Positions 24,169 through 37,834 of a DNA stretch of 64,000 nucleotides are shown here, piece after piece (positions within the stretch are counted from its first letter, which is position 1; the number at the start of each line of letters is the position of its first letter). The stretch spans positions 12,028,001 through 12,092,000 of the forward strand of contig NC_043006.1 in the NCBI RefSeq assembly GCF_006345805.1. The letters are read 5' to 3'. Source of the stretch: Octopus sinensis (taxonomy: Eukaryota). The position numbers were made by a program, and so were the translations under genes. The notes under the pieces are model-generated. The model saw only the letters and a program-made list of their open reading frames with translations. It did not search any database and was not told where the DNA came from.

Positions 24169-24280
24169 GAGTGTGTTTATAACATGAGCGTGAACGATTG
24201 CTGGACCGAGCAGGAACGGTTCGTTGTACACTCCCGTCCGAGTACGGCTCAATACGACCATGAAACTTCATGTAGTTCGC
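24169..24280 (+). CDS. Candidate exon (ECVYNMSVNDCWTEQERFVVHSRPSTAQYDHETSCSS), gene unknown
   Basis: Strong acceptor ttttctcgtattttttcag, donor C|gtatgt, one open frame, CpG-rich; minus-strand frames are also partly open, so strand is ambiguous. Confidence 0.3.
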
Positions 24281-24631
24281 GTATGTTCCTGTATTGAGTA
24301 ACTGTTATGCCTCGCTAAATTGAGTACGTTTTTGACAACACTATCTCAAACAAGCAGCACACACATTAAACATTAAACATATTTATATGTATAACATATT
24401 GCTATATATGAGGATGGGAATCATTTGCTAATTAAATACACGCACTATTTAGTATATTTTCGTATTATTTTAAATTTATTTGTCTCTCAAAGATCTTTCT
24501 GCACACATTCTAATTCCTGAAAACTATACTAAAGATCAAATAAATGCCAAAATGTGACCATCTCTAAGGATAACAATATGTTTCACCACACGTTTTCAAA
24601 TCAAGAATCTTGCAAAACAAATATCTCTCCC

Positions 24632-24669
<38 letters not shown>

Positions 24670-24903
24670 TTTGCATGCGCGCCAGCGCGTGTCTGTGTGT
24701 ATGTTGCAATGTGTAGCTGTCAGTAGACTCACAAACACAAAGTGTAAACTAGGAAGATACGATAACGAACACATTCTACACTAGAGTTATAATAAAGTAT
24801 ATTTCTTTAGATGGAAGTTCTAAAGGTCCTTTTCCTACGCATTACGTTTCTAATTATCAGTTCAAATACGGTCAATAAAAGTGGGAGCCGTTATAAATAT
24901 TTG

Positions 24904-24941
<38 letters not shown>

Positions 24942-25145
24942 ATATTATATATGTATGTATTTTGGCCTGCTTGCTTAGCCAGCGGGGTGGCGTCATTTGA
25001 AGGCTAAAACAGTGCAACGTGCATTGTGACCAGCGATGTGAAGCAGCATCTGATAGCCTGGTCGGTCATGGTGGTCACATATATACGTGTGCGTGTGTAT
25101 GTAGATAAGTATGTGAACATTCACAATTGAACATACACACAGATT

Positions 25146-25181
<36 letters not shown>

Positions 25182-25183
<2 letters not shown>

Positions 25184-25508
25184 GGTAAAGACCCCCTTCG
25201 GTCATGAATGACCATGGGATTGCACCTAGAAAGTTACCCTCCTAGACACAAGTCCGGGCAAGGTTGTTTATGGAAGACCAGCAGTCGCCCATGCATACCG
25301 GCCTCCCCTCTCCACGCCACCAGTGTTATCCAAGGGAAAGACAAAGGTCGATACAGCTTGGCACCAGTGACGTCGCAACTCATTTCTACAGCTGAGTGAA
25401 CTGGAGCAACGTGAAATAAAGTGCCTTGCTCAAAAACACAACACGCAGCCCGGTCCGGGATTCGAGCTCACAACCTCACGATCGTAAGCTCGACGCTCTA
25501 ACCACTGA

Positions 25509-25513
<5 letters not shown>
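25182..25513 (-). mobile_element. tRNA-derived SINE, family E
   Basis: Reverse complement atggctcagtggttagagcgtcgagc..gctcgaatccc; core shared with family D, own tail; near-identical to 51423-51757. Confidence 0.92.
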
Positions 25514-25541
<28 letters not shown>

Positions 25542-26184
25542 CGTGTATGACTTGAAATGTTTGTCATGGCTTAACGTTTGTTGTCCTTTTTAGCAATTAT
25601 ATATACGCTATATCGGAAATCTAAAAGGGTTCCATAATTCCTGTCTTTGCTATAACCTAGGAGGCCTGGCAAGCCGTTAAGCTTCCTTGTGAACTAAACC
25701 CCCATGTTTTGTGTGTGTGTATATATATGGAAGCAGATAAGATGATAAAACACAGAAGATTTGTTTTACTGGACTAAAAAATATATTCCATTCATAATAG
25801 CAAAAGTATTATACAGTATTTTACAAAGTAAGTTTTTTCTTCCAACATAATAACCGGTGTCACTATCGCTTTTGAAATCATGAGTTTGGGATGAATTTTT
25901 TAATTAGCCATTTTCTTTTTTGCTAGGTGGGGATAATTAGTAACCAAGGTATTTCTCAGTAGAGGGGAGGTAAAATTGGTCTATACTTGGTTTAAATCTT
26001 TAATTTTCAATATGGGTTTTATATTTAATTGCGGCTTATATTTTTCGACCAATGCAGCCTCTTTATTTATTCGTACTTGTGTCGAGGTCCAAATATTTTT
26101 TTCCGTAAATATTCAACAATTTGTTATCACCCACCATACTTTCTACCTTATATATTGCACACACACACACACCACACACACACA

Positions 26185-26365
26185 CACGCACACACGAAGG
26201 TGTGCTGAAAACTTCTTGGCTTTAAGGGTCGTATAAAACCTGGTTACAGGCCCAACTTTCCGACAGTAAGTGTGTGAAACTAAGTGGGGAATATGTTGAA
26301 TAAAATCATTAATTAACTGACCATCATGTATTTTTTACACGAAGTTAAGAACTTTTCAGCACACA
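26185..26365. mobile_element. Tc1/mariner-like MITE
   Basis: Terminal inverted repeats gtgtgctgaaaa(c/g)ttct and agaacttttcagcacac. Confidence 0.6.
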
Positions 26366-26390
26366 GCATGCATACATACATACACACATA

Positions 26391-26426
<36 letters not shown>

Positions 26427-26488
26427 TGTATGTATGTATGTATGTATGTATGTATGTATGTTTGTATGTATGTATGTATGTATGTATG

Positions 26489-26543
<55 letters not shown>

Positions 26544-26556
26544 GATATAGACACAG

Positions 26557-26592
<36 letters not shown>

Positions 26593-26930
26593 TACCAGAC
26601 CTACATTAACATATTACTAGGGTTACAATCTTGCTCTGTATCAGGGACTATATTACAACTCTATTGGATATATTATAGAATTTAGTCTCAGCAACATAAA
26701 CTTACATCAAAACATAAACTAATAAACCATTCGTCTGGAGTATGATATAGAATTAAAGTATCATAAAACCTCTACTAGTAGATGATATTAAAGTTAACTA
26801 TGTGACCTCAATAAACACTCCCAAGTACATTTAAATGCGTTATCATTTAATAAATCAAAATTTGTTGAAACAAACAGTTTCTTTACGATCTTACTAAATT
26901 AATTCTAGAACAGAATACACATTCGGTGTA

Positions 26931-26973
<43 letters not shown>

Positions 26974-27844
26974 GCATATATGAAAATATCTACCTTAATT
27001 GTACATTTAAAGTGATATAATCTTAAAATCCATCAGCCTTTAGCTGTTGTTTAAACTGAGATTTATCGATTTTTTTTTTCTCTTTTGCTCTGCGATTCTG
27101 AATGGTTTTTTTTTCCTGTCTATATAACATGTTATTATTGTTACAAGTTCACGTCTTCCTGAGATATATACCTCAGAGACATTTTCACAGAAATTGCTTT
27201 GCTATTCATCCAAAAACCTATGCTTATCTTAAACACAACTACTTCTTTGCCTCACATTCAGTTTCTAATTCCAAAAACCTATCGAACTATCAACATGAAA
27301 ATATTTGACTAGAAAATTACTTTGAAAAAGTTTGAGATTGTGAAACCTTCACAAGCTCCACTTTTGTTTGCGTTGCGTTTCCCTCTATCAACCTCTCTCT
27401 CTCTCTCTCTTTCTCTCTTTCTCTCTCTTCTTCTCTCTCTATATGTTGCTCCTGCTACTGTTGTCGTCGTTCTTATATGTATTCAAATTTCTTCTTCTTC
27501 TTCTTCTTTCTTTTCTACACATCACCACGATGACGTCCAACCGCAACCCACCGCACCATACCATCCTCCTCCTCCTCTAACCCTCATTTTCCCCTCCCTT
27601 CTCCTTATTTTCCCTTCCTCTCTCCTTTATTCTTCGCTTCCCATCCACTTATTCTCCTCCTCCTGCTGCTCCTTTCACACCTCCTCCTCCTCCTCCTCCT
27701 CATCATCATCATCATCATAATAATAGAAACCAGAATTACTTGTTCTTGTTTTTCTCTTTCCTTTCATTTTTCCCTCATTCTACATCACCATCATCATCAT
27801 TATTTTCCTTCTTCATCATCATCTTCTTTTTCTTCTTCTTACTC

Positions 27845-27891
<47 letters not shown>

Positions 27892-27897
27892 GTTATT

Positions 27898-27936
<39 letters not shown>

Positions 27937-28130
27937 ATCATTATCATCATTATCATCATCATAGTCGTCATCCTCATCCTTATTTCTTGTGAATATACAC
28001 GTATACACTTCTGTGCTCGTATGTTCCTGTCTGTAAAAATGTATGTGCATGTAGATACTGAGAAAAAGCAAGCTTATATATATATAAGTATATATGTACG
28101 TGTGTATACATACACACACACACACACACA

Positions 28131-28214
<84 letters not shown>

Positions 28215-28221
28215 GTGTGTG

Positions 28222-28254
<33 letters not shown>

Positions 28255-28677
28255 ATATATATATAATATATATGGGCAATGGCGTAAGAAAATGGCGAAG
28301 ATAAACTGAGCGAGTGGCAAGGTTGGCGTTTGGGATAAATAAGGACAGTGGAAGTGTGAAAGTTTAGTCTGTGAAGTAGATACCACGACACGTTATTAAG
28401 ATTTGCTTTCTATATTTTCTTACATTCCTTTCATTTACTGTTACTTTATTTCTCCTGTTCATGCTTTCTCTTCTTAGTTTTCCAGTGTCTATGCATATAT
28501 ATATCTCTTCACAACTTTTGTCTAAGACTATTTTTTTTTCTCTTTCAACCCCCTTGTTCTTTGTTTGCGTATGTATGTGTTTGTGTGTATGTCTGCGTGT
28601 ATGTGTGCGCGTGTGTATTCTCTCTCATAGTACTTATCAAAAATATGCACCTATACACAATATGCAATATGCCAACG

Positions 28678-28730
<53 letters not shown>

Positions 28731-29191
28731 CGTATATGCATAGCCAATTCTAACCGTGCATTATATATATGCTTATGTATATAGATACATGTATGCATAT
28801 CTGTAAATATACACACACATACACACTCAGACATATATATATATATATATATATGTATCGGTATATAATATAGGTATGTATATATAGACATATATATATA
28901 TGCATATATATTTTTTTATTTATATGTATGTACGTATATATATATATTTAAAGATAATACAGGTAAGTATATATAAAAAGGAACGTTTTAAGTTAAATCG
29001 AAAAAATATTAGAAGAAGGTATGGCAAAGTAGAGGGAATAAAAGCCAATGTGAAGGAGCGTCAAAAGGGAACAAGGGAGAGAGAGACATCAATATAGAAA
29101 GAATAAAAAAAAACGGGAATGACATGTCATTAGGACTTCATATTAGAAACTTGAAATAAACGTACATAAAATGAAGCGTATATGTCTGTGC

Positions 29192-29238
<47 letters not shown>

Positions 29239-29350
29239 GTTGTGTGTGTGTAAATATATCTATGTAGATATATGTGTATATAATATTTATATATATGTGT
29301 GTGTGTGTGTTTGTCTATGATGTATATATCTATGTATATATCTATGTAGA

Positions 29351-29431
<81 letters not shown>

Positions 29432-30003
29432 ATACATATATATATATACATATACATATACATATATACATACATACATACATTATATATATATATATAT
29501 ACACATATATATATAATATGCCAACTGTAAACCTGACAAGGGCAAGAACTAAAATGTAAAAAACATGTTATCAAATTGGAATTCTTTTGCGTAATTGATA
29601 TGTCATTTGAACTCTCCGTCGTTGTTGCAGCCATCCGAAATAAGACGACATCGGACGCGTTAATGGAGTCATTCCTTTTATGGATAAATGCGGTCTTGCA
29701 TCTAAATAGTATTTAGATGCGGTTTAATACTTAGTTTGAATACAGTTTTCTCGTTCGTTTCAGTAATAACCCTTATTGTATCTTCTTGCTTCTATATAGA
29801 ACAAAGCGATTAAGTCGAGTAATTTGTTCGATGCTTAAGCAACTGGACAGTCAGTTTATTCTACGTAGGAATATGTAATTATATTCCATTTACTTTTATA
29901 AGAATAACATTCCCCAGTATATATTAATCTAATAATTATACGTACACATCAATGAGCTTTTATATTTATTAAAATTGGTTTCATTAATATTCCGATATCT
30001 TAG

Positions 30004-30058
30004 AATTCTTCCGCCGTCTGTCTCCAGGAAATTTTCATTTCATTGTATCTCTTCCTTG
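30004..30058 (+). CDS. Candidate 55-bp exon, frame undetermined
   Basis: gatatcttag acceptor, TTG|gtaaga donor; all three frames open. Confidence 0.18.
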
Positions 30059-30583
30059 GTAAGAGAAGACGCTTAAATTTGTCGTCAATAGTACTGACTT
30101 TTGTTGAAAGGCTGGGGGGGGGATGTTTTCCTGACCCTTGGTAGATTTAACAAAGCTGCAACATGATAAGATGTATGTTTATAACGAAATATTTCTTTTA
30201 AATTAAGTGCGATTTTTTTTATCATTTAATTGTTCTCTCCTAATATTTGTAATACTTTTTGCCATAGGATTATTACACCTGCAAATGGCAAGATATGATT
30301 ATTGGGAATTAGTTTTGAGATTTTATCAATACCTTTATCTAGTTTACCACACATCTTTGATTATCGCATCATCACTCAATCTCCGCCTTCCTCATTCCCT
30401 TTCACTCCTTCTCTCTCTCTCTGTTCACATTTATGCATACAGACACACGTAGAAACATATATATACATACAAATATATGTATATTATCATACACATATAT
30501 GCTTTCAGTGTGAATACACTTTTTTATACAGCGCTATCTTAAATAAAAGTAATGGTATTTTTATGTAAGTTTAGAGCTTAAGG

Positions 30584-30815
30584 CGATCACCGTGTAATGA
30601 CTATGGAAAATGGTCTAATAAAGGGGCTTTTAAGCCCAGGACAGGAAAAAACAAGGCTTTCCTATTCCTATCCGCGTGTAAAGGTAACACACTTAGTCGC
30701 GTTAACAAAGGGATGTGGGTTTGTTTCCCTCGCGGATGCGAAAGCCTTCTTTTTCTGCCGAGGGCTTATATACCTCTTTATTAGACGATTTTACTTTGTT
30801 ATTGCACGGTGATCG
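30584..30815. mobile_element. MITE with 18-bp TIRs
   Basis: cgatcaccgtgtaatgac versus gttattgcacggtgatcg (16/18). Confidence 0.65.
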
Positions 30816-30978
30816 ACAGAAGCTTTAAGCCTATATAAAAATACGATTATACAAATATATGTATATATATATAAATATATACAAACACAGAGATACATAA
30901 ATGATGCATAATTCATACATACACACATACACACACACATATATATATATATATTTACATACACATATATATAATTAT

Positions 30979-30984
<6 letters not shown>

Positions 30985-31012
<28 letters not shown>

Positions 31013-31047
31013 GATAGATAGATAGTAGATAGATAATAGGTAGGTAG

Positions 31048-31131
<84 letters not shown>

Positions 31132-31132
31132 G
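30985..31132. repeat. (GATA)n microsatellite
   Basis: Direct tandem. Confidence 0.96.
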
Positions 31133-31420
31133 TATTCACTTGGCTACAACCATCATTGGCAGCACCAAAAATTTTCTCTCTCTCTGTATTTAAATCATTT
31201 ACAGTTTCCTGACTACCGTAGATTTTCTCTCGAGGATATTTGTATCACATCACTTCTAAAGTAATTAAATACATATATCTTATTATTATTTTGCAGAATT
31301 GCATAAAACATGATAATTTATGTTATTTAAACAAGAGGAGAGTACAAATTATGAACAATATATGAACTCTCTGTTTATATGCATCTTATACCATACATAT
31401 ATATAGATATAGATATATAT

Positions 31421-31468
<48 letters not shown>

Positions 31469-31742
31469 TTATAAGATCATTAATCAGAAAAAACAGCATG
31501 CCCTATAAAATATAGAGAAGTTGTTTATTTCTGTATGTGTAAGGTAACAATTTTAGAAAAAAAAAACCCACCATTGGCTTCATATTTAAGGTAAACATTC
31601 AGTTTAGAGAAACTGAAGATTTGTCTTGTTCACGCTAGATATGAAACCAGGTGGTTGCGCCATTGCTTTACAAAAACTAATGTGATGCCTAAGTAAGAAA
31701 AGACCATTACTAATAACCGTTACAAATACACATACACACACG

Positions 31743-31812
<70 letters not shown>

Positions 31813-31832
31813 TGTGTGTATATATATATATA

Positions 31833-31941
31833 TACAAATAAATGAAAGAATGGAGTTGAACGACGATTTAACAAAATTCCTTTATTCTCGACATATGTTT
31901 TGTTAAATCGTCGTTCAACTCCATTCTTTCATTTATTTGTA
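31833..31941. repeat. Perfect 44-bp inverted repeat with 21-nt loop (HH-B family remnant)
   Basis: Arms 31833-31876 and 31898-31941 are exact reverse complements. Confidence 0.95.
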
Positions 31942-32084
31942 TTAAAAAAAACACACAAATTCCACACGAAAGCACGTGATCTCTGCCCTTTGCATGTAGT
32001 TTCAACGTGTTTTTCTGACGTGAATTTGCTACCCAGGTATCGGCTAACCGAATTATCCATACTAAGATAATTCATTCAACTACT

Positions 32085-32160
<76 letters not shown>

Positions 32161-32359
32161 ACATATATATGTATGTATGTATGTATGTATAGGATGGACT
32201 CTCATGTCGTTAGGGCTGGAGAATTTCTTACCGAACAATGACACTGATGATTTGGTTATAGTGATCAACTTTTTGTGTAGACATAAGCTCACTGCCACTA
32301 TCAGATCGACATAACCAGTACGGGTGCAACGGGTGCCACACGTCAAATGACGAAGTTCT

Positions 32360-32472
32360 CATAGAGCAACGTGAAATGAAGCGCTTTGCTCAAGCACACA
32401 ACTCAACGCCCAGCCTGGGAATCAAACCCAATCGTGAGTGCAACGGCCTAACCACTAATCCATGTGCCTTCA
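32360..32472 (-). mobile_element. SINE head and core fragment (D/E-like)
   Basis: Reverse complement has tggattagtggttagg and gtgcttgagcaaagcgcttcatttcacgttgc. Confidence 0.6.
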
Positions 32473-32629
32473 CATATATGTATTGCATCTTTCTCTCCCC
32501 TTCCTCACCCTCTCTCTTTCCATATATATACACACACGCATATATATACACATACACTCACTCACACATACACGCATATTGATAGATAGGTAGAGAAACA
32601 ATATATGCACACGCTCTGTGTCTCTCTCC

Positions 32630-32667
<38 letters not shown>

Positions 32668-33978
32668 TATATATTATATATATATATATAATATATATAT
32701 ATATAGCTAGATAGATAAATAGATATGATTATCAGGAATAAGCTTTGAGATTTTATCAATATCTTTATCTATCTTGATTATTACAGCATCACTTCCTCTC
32801 CATCTCCTTCTTTTCTTCTCTCTCTGTTCACATTTATACACACAGGCATACGTACAAGCATACAAATATATATATATACATACAAATATATATATATATA
32901 ATCTGTAAGCAAACTTTGGAAGCGTCGAATGTGCTTCGTATTTTACAGGCAAGAAGTTAAATTTCAAACGTAGTATAGCCATGAAAACAACAGAAGAATT
33001 GACTATTTTACCCTTATAAGACAGAAAAATTTGTCAGCAGACGGTGACTGGAATCGACCTCACACCCCTCAGATACCGGCTGAATACTCTACTCAGTTGG
33101 TGTCTGAGGGGTATCTCAATAGTAATGCTACATAATGATAGCTTTTGGAATGCAGCATTTTGTAAACTAACATATAAGTGTAAAATACCCGATCGTCGTG
33201 CTGTTTTATATGACTATATCGAGTTAGAAATGTACTTTCTTGTCTGTTATATGTATGTGTGTGTATCCTTCAATCTGTATACATTTACACACATGTATAG
33301 AGATAGATATTTAAGGACATATACACATACATACGTACACAAAGACATAAGCATTCATCTATTGAATTTGAACATTCATGGTCTCTGTTCCCCGTTTCTC
33401 ATTGCCGTTTCTCATTTATGTGACCATTATCCATTTTGCACACAACTCTCACCAAAGTTCACTACATCAAACTTCAGGAAATTTTAAACAGCTGCTCACA
33501 ACTATTTAATTAAATCTGCTTCTGCTGTAGCCAGAATACTATAATTAATTATAATTATATGAACAGAAGAACATCGAGTTAAGCATGTACTGTTTATAAC
33601 TTCAAATCACTTTTAGGTCAGTTTTGTTTTTTATTCTTCAGATTTCGAAAAATAGGGTTAGGAGTTGTGTATTAGAGCCGATTTAATATTCCTATAAAAC
33701 ATCTTAACGCGAATGAACAGGAAAACTTGCCTGAAGTAGGTAATATGTTATGTTTAGACTTATACTCCAATTCCATTAGATATAAATGTCTTGAATTGAC
33801 ACGAAACACAATTTATAACAGTAAAAAGGAAAAGTAGATTTACTGTTATTTGATAGGTTCATGAACGATATTAATGGTTGTACTATGATGAAGTGACGTG
33901 AAATTCAGGTTGAAGAAATGGAAAAATAAGAGAATATGTATCTTTATTGTATCTTAATGTATCTTATGTATCTTAATA

Positions 33979-34421
33979 GGCGCAGGAGTGGCTGTGTGGT
34001 AAGTAGCTTTCTTAACAACTACATGGTTCATGGTTCAGTCCCACTGCGTGGCACCTTGGGTGAGTGTATTCTACTATAGCCTCAGGCCGACCAAAGACTT
34101 GTGAGTGGATTTGGTAGATGGAAACTAAAAGAAACTCGTCGTATATATGTATATATCTATATGTGTATGTATATATCTATATGTGTATGTATATATCTAT
34201 ATGTGTATGTATATATGTTTGTGTGTCTGTTTGTCTCTCCCCCAACATCGCTTGACAACCGATGCTGGTGTGTTTACGTCCCTCGTAACATAGCGGTTCG
34301 GCAAAAGAGAGCGATAGAATAAGTACTAAGCTTACAAAGAATAAGTCCTGGGGTCGATTTGCTCGACTAAAGGCGGTGCTCCAGCATGGCCGCAGTTAAA
34401 TGACTGAAACAAGTAAAAGAA
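33979..34421 (+). mobile_element. SINE family A
   Basis: Full copy from ggcgcaggagtggctgtgtgg to ctgaaacaagtaaaaga. Confidence 0.93.
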
Positions 34422-34486
34422 TGAAATAATTATTGTACTTACAAATTATTCTAATGTTGATGCTAGTAGTAGTAATAGTAGTAGTA

Positions 34487-34548
<62 letters not shown>

Positions 34549-34699
34549 ATGATAATAATACTTTCTACTATAGGCAGGAGGCCTAAAATTTGGGGGGAGG
34601 GGGCCAGTCGATTAGCACTGAAAATTGTGTGACGAAAGAAAAATGGCAATAAGAAATAAACCAAAAGAAAAAAATGGAAAGAAAACAAAATATACAGTT

Positions 34700-35480
34700 A
34701 GTTTGCAAGAGATGTGAATGCCAAGACAGACACAGAGGACCGGTGGCTATGGACGAGGAAGAGTAACCTGAAGATAGAGACACAAGCACTCATATGCACA
34801 GCTCAGGTCCAAGCGTTAAGGACCAACTATGTGAAGCGTAGAAAAGATGACACTATACCGATAGCGACAAATGCAGAATGTGTGGTAAGAGGGGTGAAAA
34901 GGTATGGCACATCGTCAGCGAAAGCCCGAAATTGGCACAACGCGAATACGCGAAAGGCGTCATGAGAATGTGGCAAGGATGATCCAATGGGTACTTTGGG
35001 GGAAATCAAGGCCTACAAAGCGCAAATACGGGGTATGAGAGAACCTCTGAAGGAGTCACTGAACATGAAAATTACAAAATCCTGTAGGATGCAATGATCC
35101 AGTGCGATCACTCGACCAATGTCCATCGGAAACCGGACATTGTTGTGGTGAATAAAAAGAAAGAACATGTATGATAATCGATATAGCATGCCTATGTGAC
35201 AACAGGATCAATGTGAAAGAAGAAAAAATAAATAACTATGCCGATTTGAAGAATGAAATACGAAGGTTGTTGTCAATGAAGAGAGTAGACGTGATACCAA
35301 TAGTAATTGATGCACTTGGAAGTATCAATACTCAACTACCAACATGCCTAAAAATGATTGGTGCAAGAATTCTTCGCGGGTTTCTTGAAGCATGACCAGT
35401 AAACAAGTGTCGCCTTAGTCTGCTGGTTGTGGACAGCTAACACTTTCCATCATACCCAGCAAAATAAGCCGTGATTTAAT
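34700..35480 (+). mobile_element. R4/Dong-like retrotransposon 3' part with (AAT)n tail
   Basis: AQVQALRTNY, KCRMCGKRGEKVWHIVS, RKPDIVVVNKK, MIIDIAC..DNRINVKEEKINNYADLKNEI..VIPIVIDALG: a PD..D/ExK RLE signature. Confidence 0.88.
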
Positions 35481-35510
35481 AATAATAATAATAATAATAT
35501 AATAATAATA

Positions 35511-35586
<76 letters not shown>

Positions 35587-35620
35587 TAATAATAATGATA
35601 ATAATAATAATAATAATAAA
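35478..35620. repeat. (AAT)n microsatellite
   Basis: Direct tandem. Confidence 0.96.
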
Positions 35621-35909
35621 AATTGGTTTTTCTATTATAGGCACTAGCCATGATCATTAGGAGTTGCAGAATGGGGGTCGATTACATCGATTCCAGTATT
35701 CAGCTGGTACTTATTTTTTCTAATACGAAAGGCCAAGACGACATCGCTGGAATCTGAAGCCAGATCGTCGAGAGATGGACGAAACGCCGCTAATTAGTTT
35801 GTCAGGCATGCTAACGATTCTGTCAGTTAAATAAAGTTGTGATATAATAGGAAAATTATATTCAGAAATGATTTGAAAGAATTCCTCATGAGTGGAGAAG
35901 CAACGACTA

Positions 35910-36290
35910 TTTATCTAGTTTCAGCTCACAAGCTGTGGCCATGCTGGGGCACCGCCATTTGGTGTTGCTACATGATTTTACTTCACGAATGCTTTTTAGC
36001 AATTGCCATTTGGTGCATGAGAGAGTTCGATGCAGCTGCCCTCATCTGCACCTCCTGCCGTGAAGTTGGTTCATCTGGGATACCTGACAAGAAGAGATCC
36101 AGTTTCATTTTAAAGGCATCTGCATCGACCCCATGCAGGTCTCTTAGGTTCTTTGGGAGGATATTGAAGAGCTGTGGGCCTCGGAAGCCCAAGCCATCAC
36201 AGTATCTTGTCCTACATCTTGATAGCAAATTTGGAGTCCTTGGCACTATCTATCCCAGTGCTCCGACAAGAATTTGTTTTTAACTAAGTG
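35910..36290 (-). mobile_element. CR1/L2-group LINE 3' end including its 3' tail
   Basis: GFRGPQLFNILPKNLRDL..FKMKLDLFLSGIPDEP, the same family type as 6857-7300; tail ggcggtgccccagcatggccacagc. Confidence 0.88.
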
Positions 36291-36647
36291 GCAGTAAGTT
36301 TTCCACAACAGAAAATGAATAAATAATAGCCCACACATACACACGTGCATGCATATATATAAACATATATATTTATGTGTATATATACATGCATACGAGT
36401 TGAAAATGCACTGATGGTATATATTTAAAAGGCTTTTCATACTCTTCCATCAGCAACGCCCCCGTGTGGATCCGGTGTTAATGAAAGAGCAATAACTCTT
36501 GAAACATGTATATAAAGCCTTTAGAATTAAAAGCCTGGCAATGCATTTTCATCTTCATTCTTGTATATTTCTACCCGTGTAGAATAATATATTTTTCATA
36601 CATAGAAATCTTACGTACATACATACATATTTTCATACATACATAGA

Positions 36648-36700
<53 letters not shown>

Positions 36701-36705
36701 CATAT

Positions 36706-36774
<69 letters not shown>

Positions 36775-36791
36775 CATACATACACACACAG

Positions 36792-36822
<31 letters not shown>

Positions 36823-36826
36823 CACT

Positions 36827-36977
36827 CAAAATAAGCAAGATGGATATCCAAGGTATGGATATCCTTGCTGCTTATTTTGATCATAATGACCCCATTTGAT
36901 TTATATGGATAATACCATACCAAATTCTAGTGCCTTTAACTTAAGTACCATATTCATCTGAATCTAAATTTTGCTGA
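36827..36977. mobile_element. TA-embedded hairpin-plus-tail element, short form
   Basis: caaaataagca..tgcttattttg hairpin plus ~95 bp shared with 51976-52072. Confidence 0.7.
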
Positions 36978-37834
36978 TATATATATATATGCACAAACAT
37001 TGTGTATGTATGTATGTATGTATGTATGTATGTATGTATGTATGTATGTATGTATGTTTATGTATGTATGTATGTATGTATGTATGTATGTATGTATGTA
37101 TGTATACTTTTTTGTGTTAACGTCAAGATTCATTGCTACTCAGTATTTCTTGCTTGTGTACGTTTTTATTTCGTAAAAAAAATGATAATAAGATGCAATT
37201 CAGAGTACTAATGGGTGATCCCCCATTTTCGAACGAATGACATCAATTCAACTATACATCTTTATTGCGTCAATGCATTTTTTACTATTTTTTTTTACAC
37301 TTAAATGAACAAGTATATATACTCCATTCTTAGATTGTCTCTTAACAGCAACACATTTTTCCCATTCTACGCTGAAAGATTTCGATTTATTTCTGCTTTG
37401 TTATACCCTTCGTCCCATACTGCGCGGATTAGCGAATTCTACTCTTCTTCTGGAGCAAAGGAACAGCTATGGTTAAGGAAATAATAGTAACGCGATAAAC
37501 GAATCATGTTCAAAACTGTGCCGAAGTCACAACTGCGTGACCGCGTTTGTTGAGATCCTGATAAGTAATGTTCCTGCCGATAATAAAAATGTAATCAATG
37601 CTTTTCCGATGATAAATGGCTCTGACTCATAAACGTTTTGGGGATAAAACAAAAGATACAAATACTTAGCTTATATTCATTAATAAGTAAATAACTGTAA
37701 CAGTTGAGAGATCAACAGCTGTCTTATAATCTCTCCCTCTCTCTCTACGTAGGTATGTATGTATATATGTATGTGTGCATGTATGTATGTATGTGTGTAT
37801 GTATGAACGTACGTACGTACGTATGTATATCATT

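Noticed and set aside
29600-29700. Minus-strand peptide CKTAFIHKRNDSINASDVVLFR, loosely recalling a FAM135 N-terminal segment
   Set aside because: Short similarity from memory only, no donor site, and no supporting neighbouring exons.
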